In this document: positions 19,906 to 28,822 of the stretch, in pieces
How positions within the stretch are numbered: position 1 is the stretch's first letter
Layout of the letters: every line of letters begins with the position of its first letter
DNA from: a bacterium
GTDB lineage: Bacteria; Patescibacteriota; JACMRA01
Assembly: GCA_043778555.1 (NCBI GenBank)
Contig: JAYWFY010000055.1
Location: forward strand, 1-53,104
Direction: 5' to 3'
DNA length: 53,104 nt
The notes under the pieces: generated by a model
The model's input: only the letters and a program-made list of their open reading frames with translations
Told to the model about the DNA's origin: nothing
Database searches by the model: none
Translations under genes and position numbers: made by a program

Positions 19906-20325
19906 ATGTTTGATATTCTGGCAATTGATTGGGGGAGTGTAAGATTTGGAATGGCGTTTGGAACGAGCCAGTTGAGTATCGGATTGCCTTGCAATTATGA
20001 CTGTTTTAAAAAAAATATCTGGGATATTCTTGAGGTTGAAATCAAAAATCGCTCTATCAAAACTATAATCCTTGGAATGCCAATGACAAGACATCTACGA
20101 GACACGGAAGTAAGCCTGCACATAAAAAGTTTTTTGGTAGAATTAAAGATCAAATTTCCTGATTTGACTATACACACAATCAACGAGCGAAACACCACAG
20201 CAAATGCGTTAGACAAAATTTTTAGTAATCCAACTAAAAACAAAAAAGTATCAAAACACGGAGTTAATCACAATTCTGCCCTAGAAATCCTCAATTTATG
20301 GCTTGAAAGCTCCAAGATTAGTTAA
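19906..20325 (+). CDS. ruvX: YqgF/RuvX-like putative pre-16S rRNA nuclease
   Basis: ILAIDWGSVRFGMAFG N-terminal motif. Start set at the first ATG, after the upstream stop. Confidence 0.7.
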   Translation: MFDILAIDWGSVRFGMAFGTSQLSIGLPCNYDCFKKNIWDILEVEIKNRSIKTIILGMPMTRHLRDTEVSLHIKSFLVELKIKFPDLTIHTINERNTTANALDKIFSNPTKNKKVSKHGVNHNSALEILNLWLESSKIS

Positions 20326-20614
20326 GTGTAAAGGTGATCAGTGTATTGCCGAATTATTTTTTGCATACAATGATTGAAAAACAAGTAATAATCAAGTCAA
20401 ATCAGAAAGTATAATGTACGATTTTTACTATGGTCTTGACAAATTTTTAGAATATTTTTTATACTGTAGATACTTAATTTTCTTATCTTGTTAGGAATCT
20501 TTCTAAATCAATACCATTTTTTATGTCACTATTCATTAAATTTTCACAAGCGTCAAAACATTCCAACACAATCGCAGCAACCTATAGATTAATACAAAGA
20601 TCATTTTTTGTTTA

Positions 20615-22633
20615 ATGTCAGTATTACTTGTAACCACTTTATCAGTTGCAACGGTTAGTCAAATATCAGTCAGTGCAATCTCCAATGAAATATCTCAAGA
20701 TCCAGTAGTATTAGCTCAGCAGTATTTGGATAATTCACAAAACTCAGTTTCATTTACCAAATCAAAAAGTTTAGAAAGTGTTATCGAGTATTTGAAAACC
20801 AACAACTTCAACGCTTCCAACGTAATTGCTTATACTACTATTGAGATTGATAATCAATTTTTGGATATTCCTTTTAGCTTAGATTTATCACAAGATATAG
20901 CAGTAAATCAAAAAAACTTCGAAGATTCAAAAACCAATTTGATCACTACAATTAAGCAATCCAAACAAGACAAGTCAGATCCGCAAGCTCCAATCGAAAT
21001 TCGACTGGGTGAAATTAGTCTTAATGTAAAACAAGCCCAAACTATTAATGATTTAAAATTGGATGAAGCAAAACAATCTAAATCCAAGATTAAGATTAGT
21101 AGAGTTAGTTTTATAGCTAAATCGAATAACCCAGAAATTCAAAACTTTAAAAAATCTAATAAAAAAGTTGAAGTTAAAAGTACTCCAGCTTTAAGTAAAA
21201 CTTCAAAAACTGATGATGCTTTAAATGTGAAAATAATTAATGATAATGACATAGAAAGTGTAACAACTAAAAAACCTAATCAAGAAGAAAGAGCAAAAAA
21301 CCTTTATGAAGCTCAAAAAACCAAAGAAAGTATAATACAAAAAAATAACGAAAAATTCCTAGGTATAAAGGGTAAAGAAGATAAAGAACAAAAATTAAAC
21401 CAACAATCTAAAGAAAGAAAAATTTTAAAAAGCAATTTACAAAATAAAATTAAAGAAGGTAAAAAATCTAGTATTAATATTTTAGATGTATATTTCCTTG
21501 GTGATGAGGCAAAGGATATTGGGTTAAGCATTTCTAATTTACCAGACAAAGATAGTAAAATGAGCTTGACGGTAGATGAAAATGTAGCTAATGGTTATGA
21601 TGTTGAAAGAAAAACTGACAATATTTTTAGTAACTTATTAAATATTGGGTCAATACAAGTATCTGCTTTCTATCCAGAAAGAACAAACGAGACGATGTAT
21701 CATTCAAAAGCCTTTACTGGATATGGCACCTCTTGGGATTTATTTAATGGAAATTCGAATAATGGAGCTGATATTGGCGTCTATACTCAGGTAGATGGAA
21801 ATCAAAATCAACAATTTAATCTTTACAATGATAATACAATAAGAATAAAAAATAAATGTGTTGATTTGAAAGACAACTTTAGAGCGAATAATCAAAAGAT
21901 TCAACTCAATGACTGTAATAATTCTACAGCTCAAAAGTGGATATACGATACTGATAGTTTAATAAGGCTTCAGGATGATAAATCTTTCTGTATTGACGCT
22001 AATAATGGGTCAGCTGGACAAAAATTATATTTGTACAAGTGTGCGAGTAGTACAGAATCTTTTAGATCTGGTCAAAATGAAATGGTTATAATGAATAGAA
22101 AGCCTTCTACATCTGGTCAATGTCAACTAAATTCAAACCTAAGTATAAATTCATCTGATTGTGGTCACACTCTTGTATATATGGCGAGATACAATAAGTA
22201 CAATAATGTAATTGACTTATCTACTTTTTCTAAATGGTCAGTCACGGATAATTTAGTAAATAATCAAACAACCTATAAGGCTCCGTTTGATAATAATGGA
22301 TTCACTGGTAATAACATTCATTTCAATAATACTCTTGATCTTCCAGACGCTTTTAACCTAGCTCAGAACAACACATACAATTCACCAAATGGTAGTTATA
22401 CCTTTTTCACAAAAAGTATAACTTATAATCAATGGTATAACACGACAGTAGGAGGTTTTAAAAATGGTTATAGTACAGGGTATAATTTCTTTGCGGCTGA
22501 TTGGTGCACTACTTATGCAAAAGATCTATGGCAAAATAACAATGGCAAATACTTCTCAAATAGTTATAATGGATATTGGTTTACGCCAACTAATTTGCAT
22601 TCTGTGACCTCTAGTATTGGATATTATGAATAA
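20615..22633 (+). CDS. Secreted protein with a ricin-type beta-trefoil lectin domain and an N/Y-rich C-terminal domain
   Basis: Hydrophobic N-terminus. Repeated Q-x-W-like units (NQQFNLY, AQKWIY, GQKLYLYKC) with conserved Cys. Confidence 0.6.
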   Translation: MSVLLVTTLSVATVSQISVSAISNEISQDPVVLAQQYLDNSQNSVSFTKSKSLESVIEYLKTNNFNASNVIAYTTIEIDNQFLDIPFSLDLSQDIAVNQKNFEDSKTNLITTIKQSKQDKSDPQAPIEIRLGEISLNVKQAQTINDLKLDEAKQSKSKIKISRVSFIAKSNNPEIQNFKKSNKKVEVKSTPALSKTSKTDDALNVKIINDNDIESVTTKKPNQEERAKNLYEAQKTKESIIQKNNEKFLGIKGKEDKEQKLNQQSKERKILKSNLQNKIKEGKKSSINILDVYFLGDEAKDIGLSISNLPDKDSKMSLTVDENVANGYDVERKTDNIFSNLLNIGSIQVSAFYPERTNETMYHSKAFTGYGTSWDLFNGNSNNGADIGVYTQVDGNQNQQFNLYNDNTIRIKNKCVDLKDNFRANNQKIQLNDCNNSTAQKWIYDTDSLIRLQDDKSFCIDANNGSAGQKLYLYKCASSTESFRSGQNEMVIMNRKPSTSGQCQLNSNLSINSSDCGHTLVYMARYNKYNNVIDLSTFSKWSVTDNLVNNQTTYKAPFDNNGFTGNNIHFNNTLDLPDAFNLAQNNTYNSPNGSYTFFTKSITYNQWYNTTVGGFKNGYSTGYNFFAADWCTTYAKDLWQNNNGKYFSNSYNGYWFTPTNLHSVTSSIGYYE

Positions 22634-23267
22634 TAAAATTATAGCATTAGTCATTTTTTGTTATTTATTTGCTATTTTATTTACATGCCAGTTTTTGAGC
22701 AGTAACTTTAACACGATATTATTAACAAGAAATATTACAAGTCCAGTTCTAGATTTTAAGGGCTTAATCTTCTACTTTATACTCTTTTTGTTTTTATGCA
22801 ACTTGTGGCTTTATAATGTTAAAAATCAAATGCATAATCTCATCAGTCCAAAATTTTTTTTATATTTAATTTTTATTCTTTTTATTCCACTTTTAATTAA
22901 CTTTAATTATAATAGTATATTTGGTGTTATAAATATACCTTTAATATCAAAATTATATAACTATATTCAACCAACTCTTTTGACTATTTCTATGATTATA
23001 GTTTTACCTTTAACAGGTGTATTAGTATATTTTCCTCCAGCCTTTCTAATACCTTTATTCGTAAAAATATTTAAAAATAAATACAGTAAAAATATTTCTT
23101 GGATTTCTTTAGTAAATATGTTGTTTTGGGTTTGCTTTTTTAATTTAATTTTGCTACGGCAAGAATTTTTTTCAACATTTAATTTAGTTATTATTGAAAT
23201 CCTGTTTATTGCTGTATATGTATTAAACATATATTTATCAATCAAGAGCTTTAAAAATAGAATTTAG
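22626..23267 (+). CDS. Multi-pass membrane protein, hypothetical; overlaps the lectin gene stop
   Basis: ATG 8 nt before the upstream stop; about 6 TM segments. Confidence 0.5.
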   Translation: MNNKIIALVIFCYLFAILFTCQFLSSNFNTILLTRNITSPVLDFKGLIFYFILFLFLCNLWLYNVKNQMHNLISPKFFLYLIFILFIPLLINFNYNSIFGVINIPLISKLYNYIQPTLLTISMIIVLPLTGVLVYFPPAFLIPLFVKIFKNKYSKNISWISLVNMLFWVCFFNLILLRQEFFSTFNLVIIEILFIAVYVLNIYLSIKSFKNRI

Positions 23268-23356
23268 TGTTAAGTATTATGAGTACTTAGTACTCTAACG
23301 ACTACGTTTTAATTAATCTTATAATCGTAGATCACGAAACAAATTTAGGTTGTTAG

Positions 23357-23382
23357 CCTGCTAAATTTGAATTAAGTTGGTA
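23357..23382 (+). repeat. 26-nt repeat CCTGCTAAATTTGAATTAAGTTGGTA (second copy at 48361)
   Basis: 24 of 26 positions identical to 48361-48386. Confidence 0.5.
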
Positions 23383-23462
23383 GCGGAATGGGTATTTTGC
23401 ATTTTTGTGGTGGTGACAAAAATTTGACCAAAATGTATATTGGCATCAATCTTTAATTACAT

Positions 23463-24413
23463 ATGTTTATTACCAATCTCGGAGGCTCCAAACTCACCAG
23501 CTTTATCTACAACGCTTCTGGAGTCAATAACCAAATCTTGCCTCAACTCAAAAAAATTGCCGACTCTGCTTCTGGTGCAATCGTTCTCAAGTCCACCAGT
23601 GTCAACAAATGGCAAGGTAATCCGACCCCAAACTATATCGTCAAATCCAAGCTTATTCCTGGAGCAACCTTAAACTGTATGGGAATTCCAAATGAAGGCA
23701 TAGATGCGACTATCGAGTTTATGAAGGAGCTTAGGCAATATACCAATAAACCTATTATTCCTTCTATTTTTTCACTTGGTGGTATGGATCAATACTATGA
23801 AATGATGGATAAGCTAGAACTCAACAAAGAATATTTTGATATACTAGAAGTCAACGTCAGCTGTCCGAATATTCCTAGCAAGCCTTTACTTGCTTATGAT
23901 ATGGAGTCTATGGAAAGTCTTTTGATCAAAATGCAAAAATACACATTCAAAAAAGCTTTAAAATTGCCACCATATTTTGATATCTCTCAGTTTGATAGCA
24001 TGTCTGAAATGGTTGTCAAATACAAGATTGATGTAATTATAGTGAGCAATACTATTGGAGGTTGTTTGGTCATTAACCCTGAGACTGAAACAACAGTTTT
24101 AAAACCAAAAAATGGAATGGGAGGACTAGGTGGAGACTATATCAAACCACTAGCACTTGGTAACGTCTGGAACTTTTGGCAAAGACTCCAAGGTAAAGTC
24201 CAAATCGTAGGTGTAGGCGGAATAAGAACTGGAACAGATGCTTTTGAATTTCTTTTGGCAGGTGCGGATGCTGTGCAAACTGGTACCACTTGGGCACAGG
24301 AAGGTATATATGCGTTTGAGAGAATTGCCAGTGAATTTGATGCTATCATGGCTGAGCATGGTTATGCTAGTATTGAAGCAGCTAGAGGTAAGTTGAAGGT
24401 TAATGGCGAGTAG
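23463..24413 (+). CDS. pyrD: Dihydroorotate dehydrogenase, class 1
   Basis: NASGV, EVNVSCPN and SNT...GGLGG motifs. Confidence 0.85.
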   Translation: MFITNLGGSKLTSFIYNASGVNNQILPQLKKIADSASGAIVLKSTSVNKWQGNPTPNYIVKSKLIPGATLNCMGIPNEGIDATIEFMKELRQYTNKPIIPSIFSLGGMDQYYEMMDKLELNKEYFDILEVNVSCPNIPSKPLLAYDMESMESLLIKMQKYTFKKALKLPPYFDISQFDSMSEMVVKYKIDVIIVSNTIGGCLVINPETETTVLKPKNGMGGLGGDYIKPLALGNVWNFWQRLQGKVQIVGVGGIRTGTDAFEFLLAGADAVQTGTTWAQEGIYAFERIASEFDAIMAEHGYASIEAARGKLKVNGE

Positions 24414-24442
24414 TTGACGGGAAAAACCTACAAGAATATACT
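24414..24442 (+). promoter_or_regulatory. Promoter of the antitoxin-like gene; leaderless
   Basis: TTGACG, 17 nt, TATACT, then 7 nt to the ATG at 24450. Confidence 0.45.
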
Positions 24443-24449
24443 ACAATAT

Positions 24450-24611
24450 ATGACTACAAAGCAAGTAAAGAATTCTGCAAGTGTAAAAATACCAACCAAA
24501 ATCAAAGACTCCATGCAGGCTTTAGCCAAAAATCAAAATACCACACTGAGTGGAACTATTACTAGTGATTTAGAACAATATTTGCTCGAGCAAAATAAAA
24601 AAATAAAGTAG
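24450..24611 (+). CDS. Ribbon-helix-helix-like antitoxin remnant (VapB-like), probably frameshifted at its 3' end
   Basis: SVKIPTKIKDSMQALAK resembles an RHH strand-helix. A second frame continues (EKILKLQKQIQKTEDWSAQEETQAITKI) up to the toxin ATG. Confidence 0.4.
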   Translation: MTTKQVKNSASVKIPTKIKDSMQALAKNQNTTLSGTITSDLEQYLLEQNKKIK

Positions 24612-24693
24612 AAAAAATCCTCAAATTGCAAAAGCAAATCCAGAAAACAGAAGACTGGTCGGCTCAAGAAGAAACCCAAGCAATTACAAAAAT

Positions 24694-24960
24694 ATGTATT
24701 ACCTAGACTCAAATATTATAATCTTCTTTTTTAAAAATCAAATCACGCTCTAAACCAAAAAATATTTACTGCTTTGTTAAAAGATGATATAAGTGCTACA
24801 AATATTTGTGCGAGCAAGCTTTTATACTACTCACACAGAAATAAAACAACTAAAAACTTGGAACTAAGAAAAGAATTCTTGGAGCAAATCCATATATTTA
24901 GATCCTGAAAGAAGCTCCAGATAATAGTCTACCAAGATTTGAATACAAAGGTATAATTCA
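24694..24960 (+). pseudogene. Decayed PIN-domain (VapC-like) toxin gene
   Basis: MYYLDSNIIIFFFKNQ PIN N-terminus, then several stops and frame changes. EFLEQIHI appears in another frame. Confidence 0.6.
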
Positions 24961-24966
24961 TAGTTT

Positions 24967-26304
24967 CTAAAAGTTGATATAGTCTCGTGGTCGGTAGCAT
25001 TTGCTGTTGGCATATTTGCAAGATGGTCCGTCGTAGCCAGCTCCATCGATAATCATAAAATGAAGATGCGGACCGGTACTGTTACCTGTTGAACCCATCA
25101 CACCAATAAGTTGTCCACGGGTAACAGCTTCACCAGCGGAAACATTAAAGCCTGAAAGGTGACCATAAAGAGTATAGACAGCGTCACCGTTTGGAAGTGT
25201 ATGCTTGAGAACTATATTCATTCCATATCCATCATAACTAGTTTGAGCCCTTACTACACTACCTTTATCAGCTGCATATATAGGTGTACCGGTATTATTG
25301 CTTATGTCTATCCCATCATGGTTACATAATCCAAATTCTCGTTCAAAATTACCTGAAGTTGGTTGTGCAAAATACCCAGACGAAACTGACAAGACACCCT
25401 TGGCTTCAAATCTACATTTACCACTATAATCTGAGGTTTCTACGCTGTCAAAGGCGATATTTTTAGTTTGGTAATTACTGGCTACTTGTCCATTTGAGTT
25501 GTTACTCAGGGCTTGTGACGCCAGTCTTCTAGCTAGCTCTACCTGCCTCTGTGTCTCAATCTCTTGCCTAATACGCTCTTGCTCTTCTTTTTCAGCTATT
25601 TCAAATTTTGCTTTTTGTGCATTAGCTGCATCAATTTCTGCATTTGCTTGGGCTGCCAATTGTCGATATTTGGCTTCTTCTCCTTTGGTTTGCTCAAGTA
25701 CTAGTTGAACTTCAGATTTTTTGTATTGGGCTTGTTGGTCAGCTTTGGAGGCTTCTTGAGCAACTTTTTTTTGATTTTCAATTGCTTGTTCTTTGAGAGC
25801 AATTTTTTCTTTTATGTCTACCTGAATTTTTTCGGCTTTTTGCTCAAGTGTGCTGTTTTTGTAGATATTACTGATGACTTCACCAAAATTACGCGATGCA
25901 AAGATGTTTTGAATTGGGCTAATCAAGTATTGCTTTTGAATTTCTTTATAAATATTCTTACTATCAACTTTTAGCTTAGCGATCTCAATTTCAAATTGTA
26001 GTTTTTCACCTTCGTATTCTGTAGCCAATGATCGAGCTTGAACAGCCATATCGGAAAACTTTTTACTCTCAGCGTTGAGTGCGTATATTTCGTCAGCCAA
26101 GCTACCAGCTTTTCGCCTAGCGTCTTCTATTCCGTCGCGATTTTGAGCTAATTGCGTCTGGAATTCGGCTGCTCGTTTTTGTGTTTCAGCAATCTTGGAC
26201 TTGAAATCCGTTGCCACAACTTCGAAATTGAGATTCAATAAGAATAAAATCGCAATTAGAAGCAAAAATATTTTTTTTAAGTTTTGGAAAAATAAAAATT
26301 TCAT
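24967..26304 (-). CDS. M23 peptidase with an N-terminal coiled coil (EnvC-like)
   Basis: GIDISNNTGTPIYAADKG and GSTGNSTGPHLHF motifs. Start set at MKFLFF (signal/TM). Confidence 0.85.
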   Translation of the reverse strand: MKFLFFQNLKKIFLLLIAILFLLNLNFEVVATDFKSKIAETQKRAAEFQTQLAQNRDGIEDARRKAGSLADEIYALNAESKKFSDMAVQARSLATEYEGEKLQFEIEIAKLKVDSKNIYKEIQKQYLISPIQNIFASRNFGEVISNIYKNSTLEQKAEKIQVDIKEKIALKEQAIENQKKVAQEASKADQQAQYKKSEVQLVLEQTKGEEAKYRQLAAQANAEIDAANAQKAKFEIAEKEEQERIRQEIETQRQVELARRLASQALSNNSNGQVASNYQTKNIAFDSVETSDYSGKCRFEAKGVLSVSSGYFAQPTSGNFEREFGLCNHDGIDISNNTGTPIYAADKGSVVRAQTSYDGYGMNIVLKHTLPNGDAVYTLYGHLSGFNVSAGEAVTRGQLIGVMGSTGNSTGPHLHFMIIDGAGYDGPSCKYANSKCYRPRDYINF

Positions 26305-26420
26305 AATGTGTGATATTGACAGAAATAAAAAATTAATATACTGTGTGATGGTAGATTGCCTACAGAAATCTAATTTAATTATACGATAGCGACATATATC
26401 TGTTGTGTATAATTGAATAG

Positions 26421-26460
26421 GTTTCTTTTTTTTGTTCAAATTTTTTGTTAAGTTTTTATA
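26421..26460. repeat. 40-bp perfect direct repeat, copy 1
   Basis: GGTTTCTTTTTTTTGTTCAAATTTTTTGTTAAGTTTTTAT, identical to 26701-26740. Confidence 0.9.
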
Positions 26461-26700
26461 ATTTTTATGTTTAATTTTACAAATAACAGAGTTGCGAGAA
26501 TTAAAAACAACCGCTTTAGAACTCGTAAAAATTTAAATCTCGTAGATTATATTTGGATTAAAGATTGACAAAAGTTATAAAGTTAACTAAGATTATTCTT
26601 GGTAGATGCAATTAGCCTGAATAAATAATTTCAATTATTGCATCGCGTATAAGAAGCTAATAATTTTTTAAAGGACTATATCGTTCTCTAAAATCTAATT

Positions 26701-26740
26701 GGTTTCTTTTTTTTGTTCAAATTTTTTGTTAAGTTTTTAT
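26701..26740. repeat. 40-bp perfect direct repeat, copy 2
   Basis: Identical to 26421-26460; lies just after the RNase P RNA 3' end. Confidence 0.9.
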
Positions 26741-26751
26741 TTATAATTTGT

Positions 26752-27122
26752 AAGGTTAGCCTATAAGCGGGATTCTGTCTGACGCTTTGACTACAATTAC
26801 TTATTGCCAAATCGGAGACGGTAATTTCTCTACGCTTCCTACCTTTTTTGGAATTGCACCAAGCAGGGTTTGCCAAACGGACAATTGCTTGCCTTCGTTA
26901 GTGAGCTCTTACCTCACTTTTTCACCCTTACCATCGCTGGCGGTTTATTTTCTGTTGCACTTTTCAGCCTTACTTTCTTGACGATTTTGAGCTCCCTATG
27001 GTTACCCACGGCGGATTGGTTTGCCCGCTACTCATAAATTATATTCTTTCAAACACAAGATGGTGTCCCGACTTTCCTCTACAATTGGGTTTAATAATTA
27101 TAGCTACCGTCCGACTAACCTT
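26752..27122 (-). ncRNA. rnpB: RNase P RNA, bacterial type A
   Basis: GAGGAAAGTCGGGAC (P4 5' strand), GTGCAACAGAAA, GGTAAGGGTGAAA, GGTAAGAGCTCAC, ACAGAATCCCGCTTATAGG (P4 3' strand). P1 pairs AAGGTTAG with CTAACCTT. Confidence 0.95.
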
Positions 27123-27208
27123 GTATTAATAATGCCTTTGGTTCGCTTTCTTGTCAAATTACTTGCTCAACAAAAAAAACTGCCTATTGGCAGCGTGATT
27201 CAAAATTT

Positions 27209-27282
27209 TGGAGGCATCTAGCGGAGTCGAACCGCTCTGGAAGGTTTTGCAGACCTCTGCCTAACCGATCGGCCAAGACACC
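27209..27282 (-). tRNA. tRNA-Cys(GCA)
   Basis: GGTGTCT...CTGCAAA anticodon loop...AGCGGTTCGACTCCGCT AGATGCC T CCA. Confidence 0.85.
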
Positions 27283-27313
27283 ATGTTTTTGTTGGTTTGC
27301 TATTAACATATTA

Positions 27314-27342
27314 ATTATAATGTATCAATTTGACAATGTCAA
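27314..27342 (-). promoter_or_regulatory. Promoter for tRNA-Cys, and probably the downstream RNase P RNA
   Basis: TTGACA, 17 nt, TATAAT on the minus strand, about 25 nt upstream of the tRNA. Confidence 0.6.
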
Positions 27343-27437
27343 GTTATTTGACCACAATATTTAAAGTCACAAGATAAAATAGACAATTTAAAGAATTTTT
27401 AAAGAATTTTCACCACTTTTAATCAGTTTTAAAAAAT

Positions 27438-28058
27438 ATGCAAAAAATAGATCAAAATAAAAATAAAGTCGGCAATTTTTCTGGTAACCCTTTTAATTTT
27501 TTTGGTAAAATAACCATAGAAAATAGATTTGCGTTAGCTGTTTTGACTTTTAGTTTTATAATTATTTGGTTCTTTAATATCGGGGAATACAAAACTTATA
27601 TTTACAACTACAGTCTTTGCTTATCTTTGGTTGGTGTATTGTTTGGCTTGCAGTCTTTTTTTTATTGCTTTACCCAAATCACAAATAATCTCAAAGCCAA
27701 AAACTGGTTCACAATAGGTATAGACACTTTATTTCACTTACTTCAGCTTATCTTGCTTATATCAGGTGTAAAAGAACTAACCCAACGAACAGACCCTTTC
27801 AATACTATTCTTTTTATTTTTTATGCAGCTATAATATTTTTTGCTCAGATTTATATCAATAAGTCTTATAAGCTATTCAAAATTACAATTATCACAACTA
27901 CTATTTTGGCATTGGTCACATCAATTTTTCGTTTGTTGCAAACTTATACACCTTCAAGTTATCTTTATTTGATTTGGGCTTTGGGTAGTTATGCTATTTT
28001 GACCTGTGCTTGTATTTTATTTTTTAATGTGGTTAAGTTTAGTACTGAGAAAATGTAA
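27438..28058 (+). CDS. Multi-pass membrane protein, hypothetical
   Basis: ORF with about 6 TM segments. Confidence 0.5.
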   Translation: MQKIDQNKNKVGNFSGNPFNFFGKITIENRFALAVLTFSFIIIWFFNIGEYKTYIYNYSLCLSLVGVLFGLQSFFYCFTQITNNLKAKNWFTIGIDTLFHLLQLILLISGVKELTQRTDPFNTILFIFYAAIIFFAQIYINKSYKLFKITIITTTILALVTSIFRLLQTYTPSSYLYLIWALGSYAILTCACILFFNVVKFSTEKM

Positions 28059-28089
28059 TTTGACAATTTTGTAGTTCAAAAGCAATAAT

Positions 28090-28821
28090 ATGATTATGCA
28101 AGACACAAATTTGGTTAAAAAAAGTAATATTAATACATCAGCTATAGAAAATCAGCTTAAGCTTCGTGTAGAAAAAATAAAAAAACTACGAGATCTAGGA
28201 TTTGATCCCTTCAAGGTAGAATCTTACAGAGATTTTAATATTAATTTTATAAAATTTTGGTTTGGATTTGTGCACAAATTTGATATTGGAAAACTAGAAA
28301 TAGATGAGAATAACTATATGCTTGAACACTATTTGGCACAGGCTATCTTTCCACAAACCTTGATAGAAACGATGGAGGAAAAAATTCAATTTCGCCATAC
28401 CGCTCGTCAAATGGGTATAGATCCAGACGACCAAGATAGTGTTGACATCAAATTTGACGACGAACTTATAGGTGAAATTCGGGCTTGTATTCCAGATATT
28501 TTGCAAAAAACTCAGGAGCAAAAAGAAAAACTGTTATACGCTTTTTTGAGTGAACAAGGTGAGATTGACCACAACGGTGATATTCCCGAACCTGATGGAC
28601 TAATGGTAGAGCTCCAAAAAAATCAAATTGCCACACTTTGCGGCCGTATCAAAACCAAACGAGTAAGTGGTAAAATAGCTTTTGTAACGCTTGAAGACGA
28701 ATCTTGCCCAGAGGGGTTTCAGATTATCTTTAAAAAAGATGATTTAGATAAGGATGTTCGTGACAAAGTATTGCAGGCTTTTGATTCAAGTAATATCAAA
28801 AATAAATTAAAGCTAGTTTAA
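28090..28821 (+). CDS. lysS: Class II lysyl-tRNA synthetase N-terminal fragment only (helix plus start of the OB fold); no catalytic domain
   Basis: LRVEKIKKLRDLGFDPF and IATLCGRIKTKRVSGKIAFVTLEDES...FQIIFKKDDL match the LysRS N-terminal domain. The ORF ends in TAA with no motif 1/2/3. Confidence 0.6.
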   Translation: MIMQDTNLVKKSNINTSAIENQLKLRVEKIKKLRDLGFDPFKVESYRDFNINFIKFWFGFVHKFDIGKLEIDENNYMLEHYLAQAIFPQTLIETMEEKIQFRHTARQMGIDPDDQDSVDIKFDDELIGEIRACIPDILQKTQEQKEKLLYAFLSEQGEIDHNGDIPEPDGLMVELQKNQIATLCGRIKTKRVSGKIAFVTLEDESCPEGFQIIFKKDDLDKDVRDKVLQAFDSSNIKNKLKLV

Positions 28822-28822
28822 A

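Noticed and set aside
24891-24925. GATCCTGAAAGAAGCTCCAGATAA looked like another Y-family hairpin repeat
   Set aside because: The hairpin arms do not pair. The sequence also fits the decayed PIN-toxin reading frames (EFLEQIHI...), so I treat it as part of the vapC remnant.
26468-26569. 33-aa basic peptide (MFNFTNNRVARIKNNRFRTRKN...) next to RNase P RNA, reminiscent of ribosomal protein L34
   Set aside because: It is too short, lacks the L34 C-terminal K/R-rich consensus in any frame, and is on the opposite strand to rnpB. The resemblance is due to basic composition only.
26688-27221. Three ORFs (62-66 aa) in the ORF track
   Set aside because: They overlap RNase P RNA and tRNA-Cys, and the conserved ribozyme motifs account for the region.
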